Shown here in pieces: positions 10,435 to 23,936 of a stretch of DNA of 64,000 nt; within the stretch, counting starts at the first letter, position 1; the number at the start of each line of letters is the position of its first letter. The stretch is taken from assembly GCF_013122565.1 (NCBI RefSeq), contig NZ_CP053258.1; one strand, given 5' to 3'. Position numbers and translations under genes: made by a program. This stretch comes from Escherichia coli. Lineage in GTDB: Bacteria; Pseudomonadota; Gammaproteobacteria; Enterobacterales; Enterobacteriaceae. The notes under the pieces were generated by a model that was given only the letters and a program-made list of their open reading frames with translations, did not search any database and was not told the DNA's origin.

Positions 10435-11433
10435 ATGTCTGCTTCGTCATTACCATTGCCGCAGGGCAAGAGCGTCTCGCTCAAACTATTTGTCAGTCGC
10501 CATATTAATGAGATCGGTTTGCTGGTGGTGATTGCCATTCTTTATCTGGTCTTCTCCCTGAACGCGCCTGGCTTTATCTCATTGAATAACCAGATGAACG
10601 TGCTGCGCGATGCCGCCACCATTGGGATTGCCGCCTGGGCGATGACGCTGATTATTATCTCCGGTGAAATTGATGTCAGCGTTGGGCCGATGGTGGCTTT
10701 TGTCTCGGTGTGCCTGGCATTTTTGCTGCAATTTGAAGTTCCGCTGGCGGTGGCGTGTCTGCTGGTGTTGCTGTTAGGCGCGCTGATGGGAACGCTGGCC
10801 GGGGTGCTGCGCGGCGTGTTTAACGTACCAAGTTTCGTTGCCACACTGGGGCTGTGGAGCGCCCTGCGCGGAATGGGGCTGTTTATGACCAACGCACTGC
10901 CAGTGCCGATTGACGAAAACGAGGTGCTGGACTGGCTGGGCGGACAATTTCTCGGTGTGCCGGTATCCGCGCTGATCATGATGGTGCTGTTTGCGCTGTT
11001 TGTGTTCATTAGCCGAAAAACCGCCTTCGGGCGCTCGGTTTTTGCCGTTGGCGGTAATGCCACGGCGGCGCAGTTGTGCGGTATTAACGTTCGTCGGGTA
11101 CGCATTCTTATCTTTACCCTTTCGGGATTATTAGCGGCGGTGACCGGCATTTTGTTGGCGGCGCGCCTCGGTTCTGGTAACGCAGGTGCCGCAAACGGTC
11201 TGGAGTTTGACGTCATCGCCGCGGTCGTGGTCGGCGGTACGGCACTTTCCGGTGGTCGCGGCTCGTTGTTCGGTACGCTGCTTGGCGTACTGGTGATTAC
11301 GCTAATCGGTAACGGTCTGGTGCTGCTCGGGATTAACTCCTTTTTCCAGCAGGTGGTGCGCGGCGTCATCATCGTGGTGGCGGTGCTGGCGAATATCTTG
11401 CTGACCCAGCGTAGCAGTAAAGCGAAACGCTAA
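10435..11433 (+). CDS. yphD: ABC transporter permease
   Basis: Multi-pass hydrophobic protein; chosen start ATG at 10435 follows GAGGAA; an alternative ATG at 10411 overlaps the yphE stop (TGATG). Confidence 0.85.
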   Translation: MSASSLPLPQGKSVSLKLFVSRHINEIGLLVVIAILYLVFSLNAPGFISLNNQMNVLRDAATIGIAAWAMTLIIISGEIDVSVGPMVAFVSVCLAFLLQFEVPLAVACLLVLLLGALMGTLAGVLRGVFNVPSFVATLGLWSALRGMGLFMTNALPVPIDENEVLDWLGGQFLGVPVSALIMMVLFALFVFISRKTAFGRSVFAVGGNATAAQLCGINVRRVRILIFTLSGLLAAVTGILLAARLGSGNAGAANGLEFDVIAAVVVGGTALSGGRGSLFGTLLGVLVITLIGNGLVLLGINSFFQQVVRGVIIVVAVLANILLTQRSSKAKR

Positions 11434-11498
11434 ACCTTAACGCCCCTGGCGCGGGTGCGGCAGGGATGAAAATTAATCGTATTGTTAATGAGGGATTT

Positions 11499-12560
11499 AT
11501 GAAAACGATGCTGGCAGCTTATTTACCAGGAAATTCGACCGTCGATCTGCGGGAAGTTGCGGTGCCGACGCCGGGGATTAACCAGGTACTGATCAAAATG
11601 AAATCCTCCGGGATTTGCGGAAGCGATGTCCACTATATCTACCATCAACACCGCGCCACGGCGGCGGCGCCCGATAAACCGTTATACCAGGGCTTTATCA
11701 ACGGTCATGAGCCGTGCGGGCAAATTGTGGCGATGGGGCAAGGCTGCCGCCATTTTAAAGAGGGCGACCGCGTGCTGGTGTATCACATTTCTGGCTGTGG
11801 TTTTTGCCCGAACTGCCGTCGCGGTTTTCCTATATCTTGTACTGGCGAAGGAAAAGCGGCTTACGGCTGGCAGCGTGACGGCGGTCATGCCGAATATCTG
11901 CTGGCGGAAGAAAAAGATCTGATCCTCCTGCCGGATGCGCTGAGCTACGAAGATGGTGCGTTTATCAGTTGCGGCGTTGGCACGGCCTATGAAGGGATTT
12001 TACGCGGCGAAGTTTCCGGCAGCGATAACGTGCTGGTGGTCGGTCTGGGGCCGGTCGGCATGATGGCGATGATGCTGGCGAAAGGTCGCGGTGCAAAACG
12101 GATCATCGGCGTTGATATGCTGCCGGAACGTCTGGCGATGGCAAAACAGTTAGGGGTGATGGATCACGGTTATTTAGCGACCACCGAAGGTCTGCCGCAG
12201 ATAATTGCTGAACTTACCCACGGTGGCGCGGATGTTGCGCTCGATTGTTCCGGTAATGCCGCAGGTCGCTTGCTGGCACTGCAATCCACTGCTGACTGGG
12301 GGCGGGTGGTTTACATTGGTGAAACCGGAAAAGTGGAATTCGAGGTCAGCGCCGATCTGATGCACCATCAACGGCGGATTATTGGCTCCTGGGTGACCAG
12401 TCTGTTCCATATGGAAAAATGCGCCCACGATTTGACTGACTGGAAGCTGTGGCCGCGTAACGCCATTACCCATCGCTTCTCGCTGGAACAGGCAGGTGAT
12501 GCCTATGCGCTGATGGCGAGCGGCAAATGCGGGAAAGTTGTGATTAACTTCCCGGATTAA
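11499..12560 (+). CDS. yphC: Zinc-dependent alcohol/polyol dehydrogenase (MDR family)
   Basis: GHEPCGQIV and CGFCPNCRRG zinc-ligand motifs, GLGPVG Rossmann motif; start at internal ATG 11499. Confidence 0.85.
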   Translation: MKTMLAAYLPGNSTVDLREVAVPTPGINQVLIKMKSSGICGSDVHYIYHQHRATAAAPDKPLYQGFINGHEPCGQIVAMGQGCRHFKEGDRVLVYHISGCGFCPNCRRGFPISCTGEGKAAYGWQRDGGHAEYLLAEEKDLILLPDALSYEDGAFISCGVGTAYEGILRGEVSGSDNVLVVGLGPVGMMAMMLAKGRGAKRIIGVDMLPERLAMAKQLGVMDHGYLATTEGLPQIIAELTHGGADVALDCSGNAAGRLLALQSTADWGRVVYIGETGKVEFEVSADLMHHQRRIIGSWVTSLFHMEKCAHDLTDWKLWPRNAITHRFSLEQAGDAYALMASGKCGKVVINFPD

Positions 12561-12571
12561 GGAGTTAGCGG

Positions 12572-13444
12572 ATGACCATCTATACCTTATCCCACGGGTC
12601 GCTAAAGCTGGGCGTTTCTGACCAGGGCGGCGTAATCGAAGGCTTCTGGCGCGATACGACGCCGCTCTTACGTCCTGGTAAAAAAAACGGTGTGGCAACC
12701 GATGCCTCCTGTTTTCCGCTGGTGCCGTTTGCAAACCGGGTGAGCGGTAACCGTTTTGTCTGGCAGGGGCGTGAGTATCAACTGCAACCGAATGTTGAAT
12801 GGGATGCGCACTATCTGCACGGCGATGGCTGGCTGGTCGAGTGGCAATGTGTCTCGCACAGCGATGATAGTTTGTGTCTGGTGTATGAACATCGCAGCGG
12901 TGTCTATCACTATCGGGTAAGTCAGGCGTTTCATTTAACGGCGGATACGCTGACGGTGACGCTCTCTGTCACCAATCAAGGGGCAGAGACGCTGCCATTT
13001 GGTACCGGCTGGCATCCTTATTTTCCGTTGTCGCCGCAAACGCGGATTCAGGCACAGGCGAGCGGTTACTGGCTGGAGCGGGAGCAGTGGCTGGCGGGTG
13101 AGTTTTGCGAGCAGCTACCGCAAGAATTGGATTTTAACCAGCTCGCGCCGTTGCCGCGCCAGTGGGTGAACAATGGTTTTGCCGGATGGAATGGTCAGGC
13201 CCGCATCGAGCAGCCGCAGGAGGGTTATGCCATCATCATAGAAACGACGCCATCTGCACCGTGTTATTTCATCTTTGTTTCCGACCCGGCGTTTGATAAA
13301 GGATATGCGTTTGATTTCTTCTGTCTGGAGCCGATGAGCCATGCGCCGGATGACCATCATCGCCCGGAAGGGGGGGACCTCATTGCGCTTGCGCCGGGGG
13401 AATCAACAACCTCAGAGATGTCGTTGCGGGTAGAGTGGCTGTAA
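12572..13444 (+). CDS. yphB: Aldose 1-epimerase (mutarotase) family protein
   Basis: 290-aa ORF in yph cluster, length and position matching K-12 yphB; family assignment from recollection. Confidence 0.8.
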   Translation: MTIYTLSHGSLKLGVSDQGGVIEGFWRDTTPLLRPGKKNGVATDASCFPLVPFANRVSGNRFVWQGREYQLQPNVEWDAHYLHGDGWLVEWQCVSHSDDSLCLVYEHRSGVYHYRVSQAFHLTADTLTVTLSVTNQGAETLPFGTGWHPYFPLSPQTRIQAQASGYWLEREQWLAGEFCEQLPQELDFNQLAPLPRQWVNNGFAGWNGQARIEQPQEGYAIIIETTPSAPCYFIFVSDPAFDKGYAFDFFCLEPMSHAPDDHHRPEGGDLIALAPGESTTSEMSLRVEWL

Positions 13445-13454
13445 TTTATAAAAT

Positions 13455-13484
13455 GCCGGATAAGGCGTTCACGCCGCATCCGGC
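13455..13484. repeat. REP element
   Basis: gccggataaggcgttcacgccgcatccggc matches the REP palindromic unit consensus. Confidence 0.75.
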
Positions 13485-13491
13485 ATCTTTC

Positions 13492-13914
13492 CTAACGGCG
13501 ATCGAGAGAAATTGCCCCCGGCCCGGTAATTGCCAATAGCAAGAACGCGCCAGCGATACTGACATTCTTCCAGAAATTAATCATATTTGGCCCGACGGCA
13601 TCGCCGGTCATATCCCAGTAATGGTGACCAATCACCGCCGTACCCAGCGTGTAGAAAATAAACAGTACCGCCAGCGGACGGGTGAAAAAGCCAAGCACGA
13701 TTAATATCGCGGCGGGCACTTCCATAACTACCGCAATAATCGCTGCCAGCATCGGCATCGGTGCGCCCAGCGAGGCCATATATTGGACCGTACCGTCAAA
13801 GCCCATCATTTTGGGAAAACCAAAAATAATGAAAATTAGGACCACGGCGATACGGGCAATTAATAACAAAACGGGGCGGGCAGCACCAAAATCAAAATAA
13901 CGTAGTGAGTTCAT
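13492..13914 (-). CDS. yphA: DoxX-family inner membrane protein
   Basis: Hydrophobic 140-aa protein [25 protein letters not shown]...; start at internal ATG (cat at 13912-13914). Confidence 0.8.
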   Translation of the reverse strand: MNSLRYFDFGAARPVLLLIARIAVVLIFIIFGFPKMMGFDGTVQYMASLGAPMPMLAAIIAVVMEVPAAILIVLGFFTRPLAVLFIFYTLGTAVIGHHYWDMTGDAVGPNMINFWKNVSIAGAFLLLAITGPGAISLDRR

Positions 13915-14010
13915 AACCAATCCCTTTGCAAGATAATGTGATTTAAACGTAATACACACTCTGGTACCTCGCCACGCCCCAAGCGTTGAGATATTCGCTA
14001 ATTATCCTGG

Positions 14011-15222
<1,212 letters not shown>

Positions 15223-16035
15223 TTAAAGATCCAGCCCAGCCGCTACGTGGCGAATGCCGCGAATCGCTAAACCCGCATCAGCGTTGATCATCACACCGCT
15301 TAATGCGCGATTATTGCGCCGCGATGCCAACATCACATACGGACCCGTAAAATCAGCCGGTTGCGGGAAAAATTGCAGCGGTAAAATGGCGGCAATTTTC
15401 TCCGGCGTCAGAGACTGCATTATTGAGGTTTCACTTTGCCCGAGCGCCTGTGGGCCGCGCAGGTCGCTGGCCATACCACAAGGGCCGACGCCATTCACCC
15501 GTACTTTCGGAGCCAGTTCATAAGCCAGTTGGCGAATAAGTCCGGTTGCGGCATGTTTACTGGCGGTGTACAGCGGGCCACCGCCGCCGGGATACCAGGC
15601 GGCATTTGATAGTGTGAAAATCATGCTGCCTTCACCGGCGATTAACGCCGGAGCGCAGGCTTTTGCACCCAGCAGGTAACCGAGTACGTTGACGTTAAAC
15701 AGCTCGTGGAAGCCGGTTTCGAGCGTCTCTGCGGGAGTATTAACCAGTGAGGCATTGTGATCCCAGATGCCCGCATTGCCGATAAAACAATCCAGCTTGC
15801 CGGAACGAGTCAGGATCTGATCGACCGCGCGTTGATAATCGGCATAACAGGTCACGTTGCCTTCCACCGCCAGAATATGTTCACCAAATCGCTGACGCAG
15901 ACTGGCGACTTTCGCCGCCGACAGTTCCAGCGTGGCAACCTGCGCGCCTTCTTCGATAAATCGCTCGACCAGCGCCAGCCCTAATCCCGATCCGCCGCCG
16001 GTAATAAAAATGGACTCGTTATGCAGATCGCTCAT
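15223..16035 (-). CDS. hcaB: 2,3-dihydroxy-2,3-dihydrophenylpropionate dehydrogenase (SDR family)
   Basis: SDR motif TGGGSGLG near N-terminus; 270 aa. Confidence 0.92.
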   Translation of the reverse strand: MSDLHNESIFITGGGSGLGLALVERFIEEGAQVATLELSAAKVASLRQRFGEHILAVEGNVTCYADYQRAVDQILTRSGKLDCFIGNAGIWDHNASLVNTPAETLETGFHELFNVNVLGYLLGAKACAPALIAGEGSMIFTLSNAAWYPGGGGPLYTASKHAATGLIRQLAYELAPKVRVNGVGPCGMASDLRGPQALGQSETSIMQSLTPEKIAAILPLQFFPQPADFTGPYVMLASRRNNRALSGVMINADAGLAIRGIRHVAAGLDL

Positions 16036-16351
16036 GGCTGCGCCTCCGGTAAGTCGATGAAAATGTCACCACCTTCAACGTGTACTGGATAAGTGGTGAG
16101 CGGATCGGTGGCGGGCAGGCATAACGCTTTCCCCGTTTTCAGGCAAAAACTGGCGGCGTGTAGCGGGCACTCCACCGTGGCGTCATCTTCCAGATACCCT
16201 TCTGACATAGACGCATTACCATGGCTGCAACGATCGTTAATGGCATAAAACTCGCCGCCAACGTTGAACAGGGCGATGACGGGCGAGGTATCGATCCGGA
16301 GAGCCTCACCCTCCGGCACATCCGCAACGGGACACGCATAAATTCGATTCA

Positions 16352-16352
<1 letters not shown>
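16032..16352 (-). CDS. hcaC: Rieske-type ferredoxin of 3-phenylpropionate dioxygenase
   Basis: Rieske motifs [11 protein letters not shown]...CPLHAASF; 4-bp overlap with hcaB. Confidence 0.92.
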
Positions 16353-18264
<1,912 letters not shown>

Positions 18265-18363
18265 CTATTTTTGTGCCATAAGGATGTTGCTGGTTGGTTG
18301 CTAATATGTGAAATAGTTAATTTCTACCAGCTGAGACGTTTTTTCGATAACAAGGGGAAGGTG

Positions 18364-19254
18364 ATGGAACTACGACATTTACGCTATTTCGTCGCAGTGG
18401 CGCAGGCACTGAACTTTACCCGTGCGGCGGAAAAACTGCATACCTCACAGCCTTCGTTAAGCAGCCAGATCCGCGATCTTGAAAACTGTGTCGGTGTTCC
18501 GTTACTGGTGAGGGATAAGCGCAAAGTCGCGTTGACGGCGGCGGGAGAATGTTTTCTCCAGGACGCGCTGGCAATCCTCGAACAAGCGGAAAATGCCAAA
18601 TTACGGGCGCGGAAAATTGTTCAGGAAGACAGACAATTAACCATTGGCTTTGTGCCATCGGCGGAAGTGAATTTACTGCCAAAAGTATTACCGATGTTTC
18701 GTCTCAGACAGCCAGACACCTTGATTGAGCTGGTGAGTTTAATCACCACGCAACAGGAGGAAAAAATTCGCCGTGGTGAACTCGACGTCGGCTTAATGCG
18801 CCATCCTGTTTATAGCCCGGAGATTGATTATCTGGAGCTTTTTGACGAACCATTAGTGGTGGTGTTACCGGTTGATCACCCTTTAGCACATGAAAAAGAG
18901 ATCACCGCCGCGCAACTGGATGGCGTGAATTTCGTCAGTACCGATCCGGCGTATTCCGGTTCGCTTGCGCCGATCGTTAAAGCGTGGTTTGCGCAAGAAA
19001 ACAGCCAGCCAAATATCGTCCAGGTGGCAACGAATATTCTGGTGACCATGAATCTGGTGGGCATGGGGCTGGGCGTCACTTTGATACCCGGTTATATGAA
19101 TAATTTTAATACCGGGCAGGTTGTTTTTCGTCCCATTGCCGGAAATGTGCCTTCCATTGCTTTACTGATGGCGTGGAGGAAAGGGGAGATGAAGCCGGCA
19201 TTACGCGATTTCATCGCCATTGTGCAGGAACGTTTGGCAAGCGTAACGGCATAA
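18364..19254 (+). CDS. hcaR: LysR-family transcriptional activator of hca operon
   Basis: MELRHLRYFVAVAQALNFTRAAEKLHTSQPSLSSQIRDLE HTH; divergent from hcaE; start at internal ATG 18364 (track ORF extends upstream to 18271). Confidence 0.92.
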   Translation: MELRHLRYFVAVAQALNFTRAAEKLHTSQPSLSSQIRDLENCVGVPLLVRDKRKVALTAAGECFLQDALAILEQAENAKLRARKIVQEDRQLTIGFVPSAEVNLLPKVLPMFRLRQPDTLIELVSLITTQQEEKIRRGELDVGLMRHPVYSPEIDYLELFDEPLVVVLPVDHPLAHEKEITAAQLDGVNFVSTDPAYSGSLAPIVKAWFAQENSQPNIVQVATNILVTMNLVGMGLGVTLIPGYMNNFNTGQVVFRPIAGNVPSIALLMAWRKGEMKPALRDFIAIVQERLASVTA

Positions 19255-19413
19255 TTACGCATTATTTTTGCAACATGCGTCGCGGATCGCAGTTTTTTAG
19301 TGCTTGTGAACTGGCGTTACAGACATCGGGAAGCAGACTCGAATATTCTTATTTTTCAACTTGCACCAACATTCGATTAACCCCAGACTAACGCCTCCTG
19401 ACGGGAGGGACTC

Positions 19414-20553
19414 ATGGTTTTGCAATCCACGCGCTGGTTGGCGCTCGGCTATTTCACATACTTTTTTAGTTACGGCATTTTTCTACCTTTCTGGAGCGTC
19501 TGGCTTAAAGGGATTGGTTTAACGCCAGAAACCATCGGCCTGTTATTGGGGGCGGGTCTGGTTGCCCGTTTCCTCGGGAGTTTGCTCATCGCGCCCCGCG
19601 TCAGCGATCCTTCTCGCCTGATTTCCGCCTTGCGCGTGCTGGCACTGCTGACACTTCTCTTTGCTGTCGCCTTCTGGGCGGGGGGGCACGTAGCGTGGCT
19701 GATGCTGGTGATGATTGGCTTTAACCTTTTTTTCTCACCGCTGGTACCGTTGACCGATGCACTGGCGAATACGTGGCAAAAGCAGTTCCCGCTTGATTAC
19801 GGCAAAGTGCGACTGTGGGGCTCGGTGGCGTTTGTCATTGGCTCGGCGCTGACGGGCAAACTGGTCACTATGTTTGATTATCGGGTGATCCTCGCGCTGT
19901 TGACGTTGGGCGTGGCATCCATGCTGCTCGGCTTTCTCATCCGTCCGACGATTCAGCCACAAGGGGCAAGCCGCCAGCAGGAGAGCACCGGTTGGTCAGC
20001 GTGGTTGGCGCTGGTTCGCCAGAACTGGCGCTTTCTGGCCTGCGTTTGTTTATTGCAGGGGGCACATGCGGCCTATTACGGTTTTAGCGCCATTTACTGG
20101 CAGGCCGCTGGCTACTCGGCCTCGGCGGTGGGGTATTTGTGGTCGCTGGGCGTGGTGGCGGAAGTCATTATCTTTGCGCTGAGTAATAAACTTTTCCGCC
20201 GTTGTAGTGCACGCGATATGCTGTTGATCTCGGCGATTTGCGGCGTAGTGCGCTGGGGCATTATGGGAGCAACTACGGCGTTGCCGTGGTTGATAGTGGT
20301 GCAAATTCTGCATTGCGGCACCTTCACGGTCTGCCACCTGGCCGCCATGCGTTATATTGCTGCTCGCCAGGGTAGCGAAGTTATCCGTTTACAGGCGGTT
20401 TACTCTGCCGTCGCGATGGGCGGCAGTATCGCTATCATGACCGTTTTCGCCGGTTTCCTGTATCAATATCTGGGCCACGGCGTGTTCTGGGTGATGGCGC
20501 TGGTGGCGCTTCCGGCAATGTTTTTGCGCCCGAAAGTTGTTCCCTCATGCTGA
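19414..20553 (+). CDS. hcaT: MFS transporter (probable 3-phenylpropionate transporter)
   Basis: 379-aa polytopic membrane protein downstream of hcaR; 3-prime end overlaps csiE convergently by 9 bp. Confidence 0.88.
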   Translation: MVLQSTRWLALGYFTYFFSYGIFLPFWSVWLKGIGLTPETIGLLLGAGLVARFLGSLLIAPRVSDPSRLISALRVLALLTLLFAVAFWAGGHVAWLMLVMIGFNLFFSPLVPLTDALANTWQKQFPLDYGKVRLWGSVAFVIGSALTGKLVTMFDYRVILALLTLGVASMLLGFLIRPTIQPQGASRQQESTGWSAWLALVRQNWRFLACVCLLQGAHAAYYGFSAIYWQAAGYSASAVGYLWSLGVVAEVIIFALSNKLFRRCSARDMLLISAICGVVRWGIMGATTALPWLIVVQILHCGTFTVCHLAAMRYIAARQGSEVIRLQAVYSAVAMGGSIAIMTVFAGFLYQYLGHGVFWVMALVALPAMFLRPKVVPSC

Positions 20554-21825
20554 TTCGAGCATTTTGCGGATCTGCTCCTGTTGATGTGTTGTCAGCGTCA
20601 GGTCCGTATAGATCAGCGGTGGTGAAAAGAGCGGTAACGGCATGGCGTAAGGCGCAATAATCAATGCTGCGCCGCGCGGAGCGCCTGTCTGCAAAAATGC
20701 CTTTACCGACATATGCTTAATGTTGAGCGGCAGTAACGTTAGTTCGCGTAACTGCTGCTCAATCTGCGCTTCTCGCTCGCTATCATTCCCGGTCAGTAGA
20801 ATAATCTGTTTTTCATGCAGATCGTTTTCCTGCATTAGCCAGGCACCGAAAATCACCGCGACCAGACCACTTTCCTCATCAGAAAGATGGACGCCGTATT
20901 CACTTTCAAATCCGGTCAACGCCGCGCGGGTGGTGCGCACCAGGCGTGGGTACAGTCTGGAGAACTCTTCCGGCAGGGTGTTATCAATACCGATGGCAAA
21001 CAAACTGCGATTTAACGCCTGGGCGAGGTGGGTATAAAGCTGATCGCATAACCCCTGTTCATCATAAAAACGAACATTTCCCAGCTCACGAAAATGGTTT
21101 ACCAGACGTTTGATAGACTGACGCAATTGTTTGTCCCGCTGATGCGCATCCCGGAGTGGATCGGGAACCCGCAACATGGAAAAAAGTAATGCCATAAACA
21201 GTGGCTCATCAGGCGGTACAGGCTGGAGCGCCCGACGCTGCCAGTGGCGTCCAATTTCCTGCGCTACTTGAAATTCAAGGCAGGATTCCGCCCAGCGACG
21301 TTGGAGCGGATTAAACTGAGGCGTAATTCCAGCGTGGTGTTGCAGCAAACAATATTGCAGATACAGACACAGGAAATGAATATCGCGCGATTCAAAGCGT
21401 TTTTGCAGCCGTCGGGAGCAGAGATTCACTAACGCTTGTAGATTGGTATCGTCGTAAAAGTTACGCGCAATTCCGCGCCGCTTCAGTTCACTCTTCAGGG
21501 CGGGGGTGAATTGGCTGGTAATAAATGACGGACACAGACGGAAACCACGTCGTAGCCAGTGAAATAAACACAAACGTTGGTTAAGCACTGTACCTTCAAC
21601 CCGGTAGCTACCGTCATAACCAGTCGTCAGTGTGAGTTGATGATAGCGCAGGATCTCCCGTCCTGTTTCGCTGATATCAAGACTGGCAATATCATCATCC
21701 ACACCATTAAGCTCGCTGAAGGTTGCCATGGTGGCGGTCAACCCCGGCTGAAAGAGCGTCAGCAAGATCTGGCAGCGGCGCTGGGGAGCCGAAAGGACAG
21801 ATGGTGGAGCAAGCGTAGGCATCAT
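20545..21825 (-). CDS. csiE: Stationary-phase inducible protein CsiE
   Basis: Translation from internal ATG begins MMPTLAPPSVLSAPQRRCQILL..., matching the CsiE N-terminus as I recall it; 426 aa. Confidence 0.88.
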   Translation of the reverse strand: MMPTLAPPSVLSAPQRRCQILLTLFQPGLTATMATFSELNGVDDDIASLDISETGREILRYHQLTLTTGYDGSYRVEGTVLNQRLCLFHWLRRGFRLCPSFITSQFTPALKSELKRRGIARNFYDDTNLQALVNLCSRRLQKRFESRDIHFLCLYLQYCLLQHHAGITPQFNPLQRRWAESCLEFQVAQEIGRHWQRRALQPVPPDEPLFMALLFSMLRVPDPLRDAHQRDKQLRQSIKRLVNHFRELGNVRFYDEQGLCDQLYTHLAQALNRSLFAIGIDNTLPEEFSRLYPRLVRTTRAALTGFESEYGVHLSDEESGLVAVIFGAWLMQENDLHEKQIILLTGNDSEREAQIEQQLRELTLLPLNIKHMSVKAFLQTGAPRGAALIIAPYAMPLPLFSPPLIYTDLTLTTHQQEQIRKMLESA

Positions 21826-22015
21826 CTGTAGATCTCCCATAAGCATAATTGATAAGAATAGCTAAAGTTTGCTCAGGGAAATGGCGAAGTGAATGCTAAT
21901 CATCAGAAATGTTGGCAAGCGTCACAGAATTTTTCTCATCTTAAACTGTTCTGACCAGTGGATTAGCATGTCTTAAGGTGGTTTTGTGAATGATTATCGC
22001 GCTAGCGATCATGGG

Positions 22016-22870
22016 TTAGTTCTGCGGATTCAACGCGCTAAGGATAAAGTCCACCATCTGTTCGCGATAAACATCGCCGTGACGATCGGAAAAAGCATCA
22101 ATGTGTTCGCCATCCGGGATTAGGATCAACCGTTTTGGCTCTTTTGCCAGGCTATACAACTTTTCGCTGTGCTGCCATGGGATAACGTGATCAGCTTTAC
22201 CATGTATAAGTAAAAGCGGGATCGGGCTGACGCTGGCGATGTAATTTTCGCCGCTGTAACTCTCATCAAGTAAGTAGCCACTGCCGGGGATCATCTGGTT
22301 GGCGATGGTTGCATAAGAGGCAAATGTGGAGTCGAGGATCACCGCACGTATGCCTTCACGATCACCCTGACCAATAACAGCAAGAATATTCGCCCCGCCA
22401 ATACTCTGCCCGAACAGCACCAGCCGTTGTGGGTTTACATCACTGCGATGGCGCACCACATTGATGGCGCTTTGCGTATCGTCCAGCAATCCGGCCTGGG
22501 ACGGCGTGCCTTTTGATTTACCAAACCCGCGATAATCAAACATAAAAACGTTGAAATTACGCTCGGGTAACCAACTGACCAGCGGCCAGTGGGCGGACAT
22601 ATTTCCGGCATTGCCGTGAGCATGAATGATGGTTGCGATGGCGTTGTCAGCAGGGCCCGTCGAAGAAGGGATAAACCAGCCTTGCAGACGAGTACCGTCC
22701 TTAGCCGTAAATTCGACGGATTCCGCCGACCATGGGTCGGGACCGTAAATTTTATCGTCAGGATAATAGAAGAAGTTGATGGCAACGCGCGGCACTAAAT
22801 AAACGCAGAAGGCAACAACAAAGAGAATAAACAGAATTTTGGGAACGCGTTTGTTCACTGGCAGTGCCAT
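22016..22870 (-). CDS. yfhR: Alpha/beta hydrolase family membrane-anchored protein
   Basis: N-terminal TM segment and GQSIGG nucleophile elbow; start at internal ATG giving 284 aa. Confidence 0.85.
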   Translation of the reverse strand: MALPVNKRVPKILFILFVVAFCVYLVPRVAINFFYYPDDKIYGPDPWSAESVEFTAKDGTRLQGWFIPSSTGPADNAIATIIHAHGNAGNMSAHWPLVSWLPERNFNVFMFDYRGFGKSKGTPSQAGLLDDTQSAINVVRHRSDVNPQRLVLFGQSIGGANILAVIGQGDREGIRAVILDSTFASYATIANQMIPGSGYLLDESYSGENYIASVSPIPLLLIHGKADHVIPWQHSEKLYSLAKEPKRLILIPDGEHIDAFSDRHGDVYREQMVDFILSALNPQN

Positions 22871-23014
22871 AACCTTTCCTTGCGACTTCTTTATCATCCA
22901 TTAATCGGGGAAAGATGGTGGGAGAGTGACGAAAGAAAGTAAAGCGGTGAGGAAGTATTTCGGAATAGCGCCTGAAAGGCGAGGGCGGGTGAGTGATATC
23001 ACCCGCCTGAGTCA

Positions 23015-23818
23015 TTAACGCTTCAGAGCGTCGCTTAACTCGTCACGCATGTTCGCCAGCATGGCTTTAACAACACGCGGGTTACCAGCAACGATGTTAC
23101 CGGTCAGCATATAGTTATGACCACCGGTGAAGTCGCTGACGATGCCGCCCGCTTCACGAACCAGCAGCTCGCCTGCAGCGAAGTCCCACGGGCGCAGACC
23201 GATTTCAAAGAAACCGTCAACACGACCCGCAGCGACGTAAGCCAGATCCAGCGCCGCAGAACCGGTACGACGGAAGTCTGCACATTCGTTGAACAGTTTG
23301 CCGACGATGTTGATGTAGGTAGTGGCGTACTGTTTTGCTTTGAACGGGAAGCCGGTCGCCAGAATAGTACCGTCGAGATCGCGAGCGGTGCTGCCGCGCA
23401 GACGGTAGCCGTTCAGCTGTGCGCCCTGACCGCGAGTGGCGGTGAACAGTTCGTTACGCATAGGATCGTATACCACAGCAACTTCGGTGCGGCCTTTGAT
23501 ACGAACGGCGATAGATACCGCGAAGTGCGGCAGACGTTTGATAAAGTTGGTAGTGCCATCCAGTGGATCGATAACCCATTGAACATCCTGATCAGTACCT
23601 TCAAGTTCACCGCTTTCTTCGGTGATGATGGTGTGCTGTGGGTAAGATTTACGAATCGTGTCGATAATCACCGCTTCGGCAGCTTTATCTACGTTGGTCA
23701 CGAAATCGTTACTGCCTTTCTGGCTCGCTTCTACAGCGTCCGGGGTTTCATAGTTTTTGGCAATTAAATTACCCGCCTTGCGCGCTGCGCGCACGGCGAT
23801 GTTCAGCATCGGATGCAT
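23015..23818 (-). CDS. suhB: Inositol monophosphatase family protein SuhB
   Basis: 267-aa ORF with IMPase motifs (DPLDGT, WDFAAG); divergent from trmJ. Confidence 0.93.
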   Translation of the reverse strand: MHPMLNIAVRAARKAGNLIAKNYETPDAVEASQKGSNDFVTNVDKAAEAVIIDTIRKSYPQHTIITEESGELEGTDQDVQWVIDPLDGTTNFIKRLPHFAVSIAVRIKGRTEVAVVYDPMRNELFTATRGQGAQLNGYRLRGSTARDLDGTILATGFPFKAKQYATTYINIVGKLFNECADFRRTGSAALDLAYVAAGRVDGFFEIGLRPWDFAAGELLVREAGGIVSDFTGGHNYMLTGNIVAGNPRVVKAMLANMRDELSDALKR

Positions 23819-23936
23819 CGGTCTCTCTCACTGGATGTTAAAGAACGGGAAAACGGCGCAGATTATAGCAGCGAGATCGGCATCTGTCTTCGTTTTATGA
23901 TAAGATGCGCTAATAATCTTTAGACGAAGAAAGACA

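Noticed and set aside
10542-11372. 276-aa minus-strand ORF inside yphD (with similar antisense ORFs inside pepB and ispG)
   Set aside because: Pro/Ser/Thr/Ala-rich low-complexity translations typical of antisense frames in GC-rich membrane-protein genes.
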